Shown here: positions 33,765 through 42,434 of the stretch, piece by piece
Layout: every line of letters begins with the position of its first letter
How positions within the stretch are numbered: the first letter of the stretch is position 1
Source: a virus
Lineage: Duplodnaviria; Caudoviricetes
Virus record (IMG/VR): IMGVR_UViG_3300044708_000031
Coordinates: 1-43,749 of that record
Length of the DNA stretch: 43,749 nt
Reading direction: 5' to 3' (one strand)
Notes under the pieces: model-generated
Databases searched by the model: none
The model's input: the letters and a program-made list of their open reading frames with translations, nothing else
What the model was told of the DNA's origin: nothing
Program-made: the position numbers and the translations under genes

Positions 33765-33772
33765 TGCATCCT

Positions 33773-33896
33773 CGCTGTGTCGTAGCGTGTACGAATCCGC
33801 CCTTGTCGCCGGGCTTGGCGATGCCGTGTCGCGGTCATCTGCGTGATCGAGCGATAATCAGGCCGCTCGGGCCCGCGCCGTGTCGTGGCGCTACGA
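33773..33896 (-). ncRNA. Array of H-type pseudoknots in the scaffold 5' leader
   Basis: Three clean units with compensatory stem changes plus one degenerate unit; see findings. Confidence 0.65.
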
Positions 33897-34988
33897 TTAG
33901 TGAACGGTCAGCAGCATCGCCGCTTCGTCGTCCTCATCCTGTTCCAGCCGCTTGCGTTCTGCGAACGCCACGGCGGCCTTGAGTTCGTTTACCGCGGCTT
34001 CCAGCCTGTCCACGTAGGCGAGCCTATTGGCGAGGTCGCGCAAATCATCGGTTAGCCGCCTTGTCTCCGCGGTAATCCGCTCGACATCAACATCGGCGCG
34101 CAAGTCCTTCGCGGCGTCGCGGACTTCCTCCGCGGTGATCTCGTCATCGGGCTTCTTTGCGATGAACCGATAGGTGCGGTATTTCCTCGCAACCGGAACG
34201 ACCTGCCCGGCCGCCGTGCTTTGAATAGCGACCGGGTTGTCAGCCGGAGGCGGTGGAGCCGCGGCCGGCGTGTACGCAATTCGGATGACGCCGTTGTTGC
34301 CGAGGCCGCCGGATTGACCGGTGTTGCGCCCGCCGCCGCCACCCCCACCATAGGCACCGCCAGTGCGCCCCGCTGTCGTGGCGCCACCCGCGCCGCCGCC
34401 CGATCCTGCCGTGATCCATTCGGTTCCAGCAGAGCCCGCAGCGTTGAGACCTCCACCAGCGCCGCCTGACCCTGCATCACCACTGCCGCCCGTCGTGCCG
34501 CTGCCATTGTTGCCCGCGCCGTTCGGGCCGCCAGCGCCGCCGCCGGCCGCTCCGGTTACGCCCGAGCTATTCGCACCATTGCCGCCATTGTTACCGGAAT
34601 CGCCAACGCCACCCGTACCGCCAATGCCGCCGAGCGCGCCACCGCCAGATTTGCCATCGGCGCCGCCCTTGCCGCCGACCGCCTTGAGGGTCGCGGTGTC
34701 GATGAACCACGTATCCTCGCCGTCAGTCCCTGCGCCTGTTCCAGTGCCGCCTGGGCCGCCAATACCGACATGAAACGCGAGCGTGCCGCCCGGCGTCGTG
34801 ACGATGCTGCTTTTGATCCGCCACTCACCGCCGCCGGCTCCTGCTCCACCACCATTGCCGACTACAGTACCGAACCCGCCACCGCCGGCCGCGCCGATCG
34901 CATCAGCGCTATCGATCAGCACGCAATCGGCCGGGACCGGCCACGGGCTGGTATCCGCCGTGGTGAGGATGACGATGGTTTGCGCCAC
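33897..34988 (-). CDS. Glycine-rich-domain protein with coiled-coil/acidic C-terminus, between portal and scaffold
   Basis: GTG start; poly-Gly repeats (GAAGGGG, GGAYGGGGGGG, GNNGVIRIAY); ends DEDDEAAMLL. Confidence 0.75.
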   Translation of the reverse strand: MAQTIVILTTADTSPWPVPADCVLIDSADAIGAAGGGGFGTVVGNGGGAGAGGGEWRIKSSIVTTPGGTLAFHVGIGGPGGTGTGAGTDGEDTWFIDTATLKAVGGKGGADGKSGGGALGGIGGTGGVGDSGNNGGNGANSSGVTGAAGGGAGGPNGAGNNGSGTTGGSGDAGSGGAGGGLNAAGSAGTEWITAGSGGGAGGATTAGRTGGAYGGGGGGGRNTGQSGGLGNNGVIRIAYTPAAAPPPPADNPVAIQSTAAGQVVPVARKYRTYRFIAKKPDDEITAEEVRDAAKDLRADVDVERITAETRRLTDDLRDLANRLAYVDRLEAAVNELKAAVAFAERKRLEQDEDDEAAMLLTVH

Positions 34989-34990
34989 GC

Positions 34991-37141
34991 CTACGCCTCA
35001 ACCGTAGAAACCGCCTCCTTCGCCCTTCCGGCGGCATCGCGCACCAGCGTTGTGCGGCGCGGCGCAGAGGCGACCTTGTGGGTCTGCGCAATGCCGTCCG
35101 CGATGTGCTTCAGCGCCTCCATGACGGGGCTGGAAACGACGACATCGGCGTTATCGTCCACCTCTTCGCCCATCTCCTTGCGCTGCAAGTTGGCGTCGAG
35201 CTTGAATTGCATGTGCTGGGCGTGCTGCTTGATCTCGATATCGGCCGCAGCTTTCTCTCGCGCGATCTGGATCTCGGACGCGGCCTTCACCCGGGCGAGG
35301 TTGATCTCGTTCTCGGTCTTGGCTGTCTCAAGCTGGGCGTCGGTCTGAACCTGCTGCTGCTTGAGCTGCGCCTCGGTCTGCATCTTTTGCTGGGCGATCT
35401 GCGCTTCCTGCTGCGCCTTGACCACTTCAGGGTTCGGCTGCGGGGGCTGCTGTTCAAGCTGCTGGCTGACCTGCCGGTATTTCGACTTCATTTCGGCGGG
35501 CAGGAACGAGGTCTCGATATAGGCGTCCACCAGTGCGATCATCTTCGGCGGTGGCATCACGCCGGCAACCGCTGGAATGAGTTCCTTCAGCGTCTCGTTG
35601 GCGTCGGCCGCGGCGTTGATCGTGTCCGGTCCTTCGTCAAGGATGATGTCTACATCAACGGAACCGAGCGCGTTCATGATCGCGGGGTTGCCGTTCTGGT
35701 CTACGACCGGCTGGCCGTTCTCGTCCTTGGTCTGGTTGATGCCGATGAACTGCGCCAGCCCGTCGTCGTCGGTCACGCGAATCCAGCGCTCGCCGGTCCA
35801 ATGCTCCTGAATGGCGGCGAACATCTTGCGGTAGACGCGAAGCTTCCATGCCCGGTAGGACAGGATGAACGGGCCGAGCTCTGCAAGGGCTGCGTTCTGC
35901 CGAAGCTGGATCGCCCGGCCGGACTGACCGTCTACGCCATCGCCGGTCACGACCTGGGACGGGCCGAAGTTGTCGATTTCCGACTTCGCGTCTTCGAGGA
36001 ATTTCAGTTGGCCGGACAGGTCGAGTTGCGTGGCCTCATCGTCAAACTCAGCCTCAAAGCCCTTGTTGCGGATGACCATGCCATCCGGCTTGGCCGCCTC
36101 GCGCCTTGCCTCTTCGATGTCGTCAAAGGCGCCTGTCTCTGCAATAATCCGGCGCGTGTTGAGGATGTGCAGGCCCTTCGACCGGCGCTGGTTGATCTCG
36201 TCCTGCGAGGACTTCATGCCGCGCACAAAGCCGTAGCTGTCGCCGTCCTGATCCACGGCGCAGCGGAACATTTCGTACTTGCAGGCTTCCTTTTTCTTCT
36301 CGTCCTTGAGGAACGAGCGGCCTTCCATCAGAATGGCCGAGCCAGTGAAGATCGCCCAGCACCACCCGCCCTTGTGCTTGTACCAGAGGTCAACCAGCCG
36401 AATGAACTTGCGCTTTCCGATGGTGGTGAACCAGCGATTGTCACGATCGCTGTTGACCGACAGTTCGGTGCCGTGTCCGGCTGAGGCGCGGATGTCCTCT
36501 TCGGCGTCCGGCATCATTTCGATGGCGGTTTCGACATCCACCAGCTTGGACACGCCCATGTAACGTGCGTCCGAGAAGTCGAGCCGGAACGAGCGCGGAT
36601 CGTAGAAGAACCCGTCTTCAACGAGGTTGATGCCAACCTCGCTGTCGCCTTGATCGCCCTCGATGATCTCGAATTCCAACCCGGAGTGGCCGTCAGTCGC
36701 GCAGTTGTCGGCCGCAATCGGGGTCTTGGCCTCCCATTGCTGGGCCTCGAGCGCATACCGCAATGCCGCTGTGGCGAGGTCGGCGCCCTGTTCCTGCTTC
36801 GGGGTGCGCGGGTAGGCTTTCGGGTCCTGCTTCAGCCGCTCGACCGTTCCAACGATGCCATCGATCTTGCGGCCAATGCGGGGATAGGTGACGACCGGCT
36901 GCTTGCGCTTGTTGAGGACTTCGATCTGGGCCGCGGTCCATTGCGAGTGATGGCGGTAGCGGCGGGCCTCGCGGATTTCGTCCAACTCGGCCGACTTTGA
37001 GCCGGCATAGTCCAGATACGCCTGCTTGCATTGCTCAAGCGTCCAATATTCGGCTTTCTTCGGCGCCTCTCCGGACGCAACTATGCCAGTGCTCGCACTG
37101 CCGGGCGCGTAGCCCGAGGCGTTGCTGGGCGATGGGGTCAT
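34991..37141 (-). CDS. Portal protein (P22-like, long C-terminal barrel)
   Basis: QWT...LNKRKQPVVTYPRIGRKIDGIVG...DPRS...DFSDARY...QDEINQRRSK...SGRAI; Gln-rich C-terminal helix. Confidence 0.9.
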   Translation of the reverse strand: MTPSPSNASGYAPGSASTGIVASGEAPKKAEYWTLEQCKQAYLDYAGSKSAELDEIREARRYRHHSQWTAAQIEVLNKRKQPVVTYPRIGRKIDGIVGTVERLKQDPKAYPRTPKQEQGADLATAALRYALEAQQWEAKTPIAADNCATDGHSGLEFEIIEGDQGDSEVGINLVEDGFFYDPRSFRLDFSDARYMGVSKLVDVETAIEMMPDAEEDIRASAGHGTELSVNSDRDNRWFTTIGKRKFIRLVDLWYKHKGGWCWAIFTGSAILMEGRSFLKDEKKKEACKYEMFRCAVDQDGDSYGFVRGMKSSQDEINQRRSKGLHILNTRRIIAETGAFDDIEEARREAAKPDGMVIRNKGFEAEFDDEATQLDLSGQLKFLEDAKSEIDNFGPSQVVTGDGVDGQSGRAIQLRQNAALAELGPFILSYRAWKLRVYRKMFAAIQEHWTGERWIRVTDDDGLAQFIGINQTKDENGQPVVDQNGNPAIMNALGSVDVDIILDEGPDTINAAADANETLKELIPAVAGVMPPPKMIALVDAYIETSFLPAEMKSKYRQVSQQLEQQPPQPNPEVVKAQQEAQIAQQKMQTEAQLKQQQVQTDAQLETAKTENEINLARVKAASEIQIAREKAAADIEIKQHAQHMQFKLDANLQRKEMGEEVDDNADVVVSSPVMEALKHIADGIAQTHKVASAPRRTTLVRDAAGRAKEAVSTVEA

Positions 37142-37350
37142 GCGGCGTCTCGGCGCTCAACGCGGCATTCATAAAGCGCGTCGGCGAGTTCCTTGAGGAA
37201 CGTGACAGCACCTTCACGAACAGCAGGGTCTTCGATATGGTCCGCGATGGTCCGCAGCGTGTTGGCGGTCGATAGCGCGTCGTCGCCGCGCATGAAGATG
37301 CCGGGCCAGTCATCACCGATCTTGAGCGGGCCGCTTTCCTGCCGGGCCAT
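37138..37350 (-). CDS. Hypothetical protein between TerL and portal
   Basis: ESGPLKIGDDWPGIFMRGDDA; coupled at both ends. Confidence 0.6.
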   Translation of the reverse strand: MARQESGPLKIGDDWPGIFMRGDDALSTANTLRTIADHIEDPAVREGAVTFLKELADALYECRVERRDAA

Positions 37351-38792
37351 CAATACGATCTCCAATCCCCAGCGGTCGCTGTCTGGCGCGATGTCCGGTA
37401 GCCGCTCACGTCCTTGGGCTTGTCGGGTTGCTTCGGCTTCTGTCCGGCCAGCATGTGGTCGAGCAACTGACCGACCAAGCCGAGCGCATCAACCTGATCG
37501 TCATGCTTGCCCGCTGGGAAGCTCAGCAGTTCGCTCCGCAGCGCGGGATACCAATCCGCATTGATCGGGACGTACAGCCCCTCTAGCGCCATGCGCCCGC
37601 GAATGGACTGCGCTCTGACGGCTTTGTCGCCACGGGTCGGGAATGCCTCACGGGCGCAGTAGGCTTTGCGCTCGCGTTGGCGTCGATCGAGATACGGGCC
37701 GACGCCAGCTTTGATCTGCCCCTGTTCCTCGGCCCATCCGATCGGCTTCCATTCGGTTACGAGGTCGCAGAAGGATTCGACCCACTCGTCTGAAGCTGCT
37801 TGGCGGCGGTACAGATCAAGCAGGTACATCCTGCCTTCAGGGTCCAGCCCGACGACCACATGGACGGTGTAGTCTCCCCCGTCTGCGGTGACAGCGTAAT
37901 CACTGCCGCCGTAAACTCGGAGGGTGTCCCTTGCAGGAGGTTTGTCATACGGCTTGAGCCAATCCGCCTTGAAGTAGTCGCCGTCTTCCGGCGCCGGCCG
38001 CTGCTGATAGAGCGCAGACCAGAATCGAGCCTGACTGTTGCGCCTGATCCGGTTCAGCGCCTCAATCGGGTATGCTTCGGGCCACAGCGCTTGGCCGGAC
38101 TCATCAATGGCGGGAAGCTCCACGACTTCCCATTGATCGCCGCCAGCCGCCTGCTGCGCCAGCAATCGCCCACACAAGTCATCCTCGTGCATGCGGTGGT
38201 TGATGACGACAATTGCGCCGCCGGGCATCAAGCGATTGTAGGCCGTGCCCGTGTACCAATCCCAGACGTTCTTGCGCTCAAGCTCGCTCTGCGCTTCCTG
38301 CATCGAGCCAAACGGGTCATCGATCAGCAGTACATCGCCGCCGCGACCGAGGACCGAGCCGCCGATGCCCAGCGCGTAATAGACCCCGCCGGCCGAGGTG
38401 TGCCACTTGCCCTTGGCCTGGCTGTCCTCGGCAAGCGTGGTGCTGAAAAGCGCCCGGTACTCCGCGCTTGTGATCGTGTTCCGAACCGAGCGGCCGAAGT
38501 CCGAAGCCAGCGCATCCGTTGCCGACACTGACAGGAATTGTTTGTGCGGCTGGCGCCCGAGATACCAAGCCGGAAGCCGGATCGATGCGAGTTCCGATTT
38601 GCCGTGCCGCGGCGGCACCAGCAGCATCAGTCGATCGACTTCGCCACACTCGACCCGTTCAAGCTGTTCGGCAATGATCCTGTGATGCGGCGCTGTGCGA
38701 TAGCGCGGGAACGTGTACTCAGTGAACGATATCAGGCTTTGCGTCGCGTCCGTTCGCCGTAGCAGTTCCGTTGCTGCCAGTCTTGGCGTCAT
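37350..38792 (-). CDS. terL: Terminase large subunit
   Basis: Walker A PPRHGKS, Walker B LLIDDP, LYQQRP, nuclease FPAGKHDDQVDA. Confidence 0.95.
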   Translation of the reverse strand: MTPRLAATELLRRTDATQSLISFTEYTFPRYRTAPHHRIIAEQLERVECGEVDRLMLLVPPRHGKSELASIRLPAWYLGRQPHKQFLSVSATDALASDFGRSVRNTITSAEYRALFSTTLAEDSQAKGKWHTSAGGVYYALGIGGSVLGRGGDVLLIDDPFGSMQEAQSELERKNVWDWYTGTAYNRLMPGGAIVVINHRMHEDDLCGRLLAQQAAGGDQWEVVELPAIDESGQALWPEAYPIEALNRIRRNSQARFWSALYQQRPAPEDGDYFKADWLKPYDKPPARDTLRVYGGSDYAVTADGGDYTVHVVVGLDPEGRMYLLDLYRRQAASDEWVESFCDLVTEWKPIGWAEEQGQIKAGVGPYLDRRQRERKAYCAREAFPTRGDKAVRAQSIRGRMALEGLYVPINADWYPALRSELLSFPAGKHDDQVDALGLVGQLLDHMLAGQKPKQPDKPKDVSGYRTSRQTATAGDWRSY

Positions 38793-39060
38793 CGAGGAAC
38801 GCGACCAGTTCGCCTCGGGTCCAATCTGTTGCATCGCGCTTGTCGTCAATTGTCACCGTGGATTCCTGCGCTGGCTTGCCGTCGAGCCGGTCCCCGATTT
38901 CCTTGATGGCCTGCATATCGCCGGCTTCGGCCGCAGCCGCACATTGTTCGGCGATTGCAATCAAGCGCCTGCGGCCCAGCGCATCCTCACGGAAAAGGAC
39001 CATGCGCAGCGCTTCGGTCCACGGTTTATCCTTGTTCTGCGAACCCGCTGGCCTGCCCAT
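38719..39060 (-). CDS. terS: Terminase small subunit
   Basis: GRPAGSQNK...AEAGDMQAIKEIGDRLDGKPAQ; overlaps the terL start. Confidence 0.75.
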   Translation of the reverse strand: MGRPAGSQNKDKPWTEALRMVLFREDALGRRRLIAIAEQCAAAAEAGDMQAIKEIGDRLDGKPAQESTVTIDDKRDATDWTRGELVAFLDDAKTGSNGTATANGRDAKPDIVH

Positions 39061-39091
39061 GGTATTTTACTGGCTAAGTTCCTGAAGGTCC

Positions 39092-39124
39092 AAGAAAATG
39101 ACCGCCCCGGTTAAGAGGCGGCCA
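39092..39124 (-). terminator. Terminator upstream of terS (tR'-like)
   Basis: - strand TGGCCGCCTC-TTAACC-GGGGCGGTCA-TTTTCTT. Confidence 0.6.
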
Positions 39125-39401
39125 AGTCATGGGAGGAAACGGCCCAAGGAGGGCTGGTGGACGCCTTGCGGCGAATTGGGGGCCGGGAAAACGATATACG
39201 GCTTGCTGTATCTTCTCCGGAATTCCGAGAGAAGCCTGTAGCCGTACAGGCGGGCGCGATTCATGTTATCGCGAATTTCGGTGTTGAGCGCCACAATCGC
39301 GGCAATATTGGTTTCCGTCCCGCAGGACGGCTTGGGCTTCTGGCGTGGTTTGGGATTGTGTATTTCACGTCTGCGAAATTCTGACTGATTTGTCAAGACG
39401 G

Positions 39402-39587
39402 TCAATGCCTCCGCTTTGGTTTGATCTCGAAACCGGCTTCCTCAATGGCCCAAAGCACGTCGGCGAACATTTTGATCAGGGCTTCTGTGGGCAACCCAAG
39501 CGCATTGACCATCGCGATCGACCCCCGGCCGGTCGGCGTGGTATGGATTATCTGGTGGATAATCTGGGATCGTTCGCTGTCAGTCAT
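39402..39587 (-). CDS. Hypothetical protein
   Basis: GGGGAGG RBS; ATGA-coupled. Confidence 0.55.
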   Translation of the reverse strand: MTDSERSQIIHQIIHTTPTGRGSIAMVNALGLPTEALIKMFADVLWAIEEAGFEIKPKRRH

Positions 39588-40126
39588 CGTTCCCTCCCCA
39601 ATCCAAAATGCCTTGCCAGCGCGCTCAGCCCCGCCCGCAAATGCTCAAGCTCCTCGGCATCGCAAAGCCGGTCATCGATTACGACATGGTTGATCGCCAT
39701 GTGAGCCTTGCGGGTCGGCACCGCCTCGTGTGCGCGCATGTAGCGCTGGGTTGTCGCGCGGCAGATATCGCATGCGCCGGTCTCGCAATCGTGCGCGCCA
39801 CGGCCGCCGCCTCCGGTCCCGATTCCGATCATCGAGAGGTAGGCGCCGACCAGAACCGAATAGCGCCGTCCAGCCTCGTATTGCTCATTCGTGATGCCGG
39901 GCCTGTTGCCCTCTGTGCGCTTGCTGATGCGGTTAATCAGGTTGAGGCACCCCAAGACGCTCTCGGCCTTTTCATCCGTTCGTAGCGCCTCCGGAAGGCG
40001 AATGCGGTGCGGTTGGCGCGCGGCCATCGCCCGGTAGTCCACAGGTTTGCGTGCGAGCGCGCCCGAAAGTGTCCGCCGGCCGGACTTGCGCTTCCTGCCC
40101 CTGCGGTTGAGCGGCGTTTGCGTCAT
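39584..40126 (-). CDS. Putative late-gene regulator (Q position)
   Basis: RGRKRKSG...AESVLGCL...ITNEQYEAGRRY...LRAGLSALARHFG; last large early gene before the terminase. Confidence 0.55.
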   Translation of the reverse strand: MTQTPLNRRGRKRKSGRRTLSGALARKPVDYRAMAARQPHRIRLPEALRTDEKAESVLGCLNLINRISKRTEGNRPGITNEQYEAGRRYSVLVGAYLSMIGIGTGGGGRGAHDCETGACDICRATTQRYMRAHEAVPTRKAHMAINHVVIDDRLCDAEELEHLRAGLSALARHFGLGRER

Positions 40127-40166
40127 TCCGATTGCCTCGGTGTGGGGGTGGTGCATGTCAGGCGCT

Positions 40167-40556
40167 CTATTGCCGAGGATCGGTCTTGCCAAACTTTTCT
40201 TTAAGTCGCGCAAACTCGGAAATGTCGGCGGCTTCCCGCTTCTGGAATGCCTTCCACGCATCGAGGCGCTTTCTGCCGTTCTCGGTTGGGCGAACGCAAA
40301 AGGCGTGATCAAGGCGCAGGCATACGTCTTGGCCGGGCTCGTTGCCGTAAGTATCTCGTGCCAATTCGCCGGGATGAATGTCGACCGAGGCGGTGACTAT
40401 CCCGCGCTCGCCGATGACGGAAAGAACAATCCACGTTTCAGCGGTATCAACCCCTGTTGGGCGATACTCGACCCGCAATTGACTCGGCGTGCCGTTCTTG
40501 TCCATCCAAAGCAGCAGGCGGGACGGCTTCGGGGGAACCTCAGGTTTTTCGCTCAT
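40167..40556 (-). CDS. Hypothetical protein
   Basis: GAGGTGA RBS; ends EFARLKEKFG. Confidence 0.6.
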   Translation of the reverse strand: MSEKPEVPPKPSRLLLWMDKNGTPSQLRVEYRPTGVDTAETWIVLSVIGERGIVTASVDIHPGELARDTYGNEPGQDVCLRLDHAFCVRPTENGRKRLDAWKAFQKREAADISEFARLKEKFGKTDPRQ

Positions 40557-40557
40557 A

Positions 40558-41064
40558 TCACCTCACCCATTGCTTTCGTTTTGACAGGCGCTCTCGCATC
40601 GCTGCGGCGCTTTCTTCTGCTCGGCTGACCTCTTCGCTCTCGGCACCAGACTCAGTAGTAGTAATATATCTTTGTGGTATACCGCCCGTTTGCTTAGCAA
40701 ATGCTTGAATGGCGAAGCGCTGAATGTTGGTTTTTCCCCGGCTCGTCGCGCCGCCCTTTAATCCCGCCAGCGCCCGCTTCTCACTGATTATACGTTGCTT
40801 TTCCAACTCGGCGTCGATACGTTTGTGCCGCCAGTTCTCGTCAAAGAATGGAGCAATTGCTAAGCAAATGCTTCGCCACTTCCGCATGGAATGCCAACCA
40901 GAAAGCCCAACTATATTCCGCCGACCAGCCTCATCGGTTGGCAGTCCGCCGTGTGCCCAATAATGGGCGATCAGCAGCAAATAGGCGCCGTGTTCCTCCA
41001 GGCTGAGGTGCTTCGTATCCCGCAGATAATCCCCCCAGTACATTGGCATCCACGGGCGCGCCAT
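40558..41064 (-). CDS. DUF1376/YdaU family replication initiator-like protein
   Basis: PWMPMYWGDYLRDTKHLSLEEHGAYLLLIAHYW..GGLP.D...HKRIDAEL. Confidence 0.85.
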   Translation of the reverse strand: MARPWMPMYWGDYLRDTKHLSLEEHGAYLLLIAHYWAHGGLPTDEAGRRNIVGLSGWHSMRKWRSICLAIAPFFDENWRHKRIDAELEKQRIISEKRALAGLKGGATSRGKTNIQRFAIQAFAKQTGGIPQRYITTTESGAESEEVSRAEESAAAMRERLSKRKQWVR

Positions 41065-41225
41065 CAGCCCTCCCGCTTCGGCTCTACGGGGCGGCAGGCG
41101 CACAACCACGCGACATGAACCGACCAATGCCCGTGTGGTGTTCCGGCGAGCGTGTCGAGCGGCAGCCAGCCGAGGCGGAGATAATCCTCGGCGGCGTGGT
41201 GGCGTACCCAGCGGTGCAGGTTCAT
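41064..41225 (-). CDS. 53-aa hypothetical protein (not in the ORF track)
   Basis: MNLHRWVRHHAAEDYLRLGW...HGHWSVHVAWLCAC; ATGA and TGATG coupling. Confidence 0.6.
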   Translation of the reverse strand: MNLHRWVRHHAAEDYLRLGWLPLDTLAGTPHGHWSVHVAWLCACRPVEPKREG

Positions 41226-41806
41226 GCCACGGCCTCGAATTTATCCGTCTGGTTGCCCCAGACAGTCCAGCCGGGGCGTTTCTGGCGGGCGAACAGTTCT
41301 AGGTAGGGTCCGGCGACAAGGCGCTCCACGCGGGCCTGTACGCAGTCAGGCTTGCGGCTGTGCTCGCGCCTCCGTTCATCGATGACTTGGCGAACGTCAG
41401 CGTTTAGCCGCTTCGGCGCCCCGCGCGTCCCCAGCCAGCACACCTCGGACTCGGCGCGGGTCCATTTCCCCATTCCCATTTGGGTAACGACATCATCGGG
41501 GAACAGCGGAAGCGCTCCGCCCTTAACCCAATTGAAGGCGCATGATTTCAGTTTAAATCCCCACGCATCAAAGAGTTTGACCGCTTCGGGAAGCTGTGTT
41601 TGAACAACCCACATAAATAAAACGCAGTCGTCGGCCGCCAGTTGAGCGACAGGCATTTTCTGCATGTCGTCGTGCGACATGGTGCTATAGTGGGCCTCGC
41701 CGCTACGGCCCTGCCCCTTGTGAGACCATGTAGCGAATGGCCACGGCGGATCAGCGAGGATCGCCCCGAAATGCCCGCGCGGAAGTTCGGCAAACGGATC
41801 GCTCAT
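41222..41806 (-). CDS. MT-A70 family N6-adenine methyltransferase
   Basis: ILADPPW...HYSTM...LFMWV...REHSRKPD...YLELFAR..RPGWTVWGNQ. Confidence 0.9.
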   Translation of the reverse strand: MSDPFAELPRGHFGAILADPPWPFATWSHKGQGRSGEAHYSTMSHDDMQKMPVAQLAADDCVLFMWVVQTQLPEAVKLFDAWGFKLKSCAFNWVKGGALPLFPDDVVTQMGMGKWTRAESEVCWLGTRGAPKRLNADVRQVIDERRREHSRKPDCVQARVERLVAGPYLELFARQKRPGWTVWGNQTDKFEAVA

Positions 41807-41855
41807 TCCCGGTCGCCCTTGGTGCCTTCACAGGCTGGATATGCGCAGCGGACGA

Positions 41856-42434
41856 TCATGTGAGGCCGAGCCTCTGCTTGATGGCGGCGATTTCTCCCGC
41901 AAGGCTCGGCTCGGTCTGAAGGCGCAGTTCAACCTTGCGCACGCCATGCAGGACCGTGGTGTGGTCGCGCCCGCCGAGATAGATTCCGATTTGCGGCAGG
42001 CTGCGCGTGGTCAACATGCGCGCGAGGTACATCGCGACATGCCGGACGCGGACAACGCGGTTGATCCGGCGCTGTGCAATGATGTCCACAAGAGAAATAT
42101 CGTAATAGTCTGAAACCGCTGATAGTATTGCGTTGATCGATGGTCGCTTGGGGATGGCGGGAGGCTCGAACCCTGTGGGTAATCCGGCGGCCTGCTGCTC
42201 TTCTTTCGTGCGCTCGATGGCTTCCATGATCTGGGCCTGGATCATCGCATCGCGGGCGATGGCGGCCTCTTCGGCAAGCTGGTCATGCTCCGCCGTGAGT
42301 TGCGCATTGCGGCGCCGGGTAAACTCCACGGCGCTGATAATCTCGCGCTCGCTCGAATCCCGCCCGCCGGCTGGTCTCATCAGGCGCTCGCGGACGCCGC
42401 TGCGAACGAGGGTCGGCACGATTCCTGTACTCAC
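41856..42434 (-). CDS. DnaA C-terminal (domain IV) HTH protein
   Basis: RHVAMYLARMLTTRSLPQIGIYLGGRDHTTVLHGVRKVE; GTG start overlapping the rusA stop. Confidence 0.85.
   Translation of the reverse strand: MSTGIVPTLVRSGVRERLMRPAGGRDSSEREIISAVEFTRRRNAQLTAEHDQLAEEAAIARDAMIQAQIMEAIERTKEEQQAAGLPTGFEPPAIPKRPSINAILSAVSDYYDISLVDIIAQRRINRVVRVRHVAMYLARMLTTRSLPQIGIYLGGRDHTTVLHGVRKVELRLQTEPSLAGEIAAIKQRLGLT

Noticed and set aside
33844-33869. Fifth pseudoknot in the scaffold leader
   Set aside because: CGAGCG/CGCTCG forms a hairpin, but the second pairing (TGAT/ATCA) would leave a zero-length loop on the mRNA strand and lacks the shared consensus.
31241-36484. Long + strand ORFs (31241-32836, 35078-36484 and similar)
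   Set aside because: Antisense shadows of capsid and portal genes with no recognisable motifs.
39127-39405. 92-aa CDS upstream of terS
   Set aside because: TTG start, atypical composition, and it spans the candidate late promoter and leader, so it was not called as a gene.
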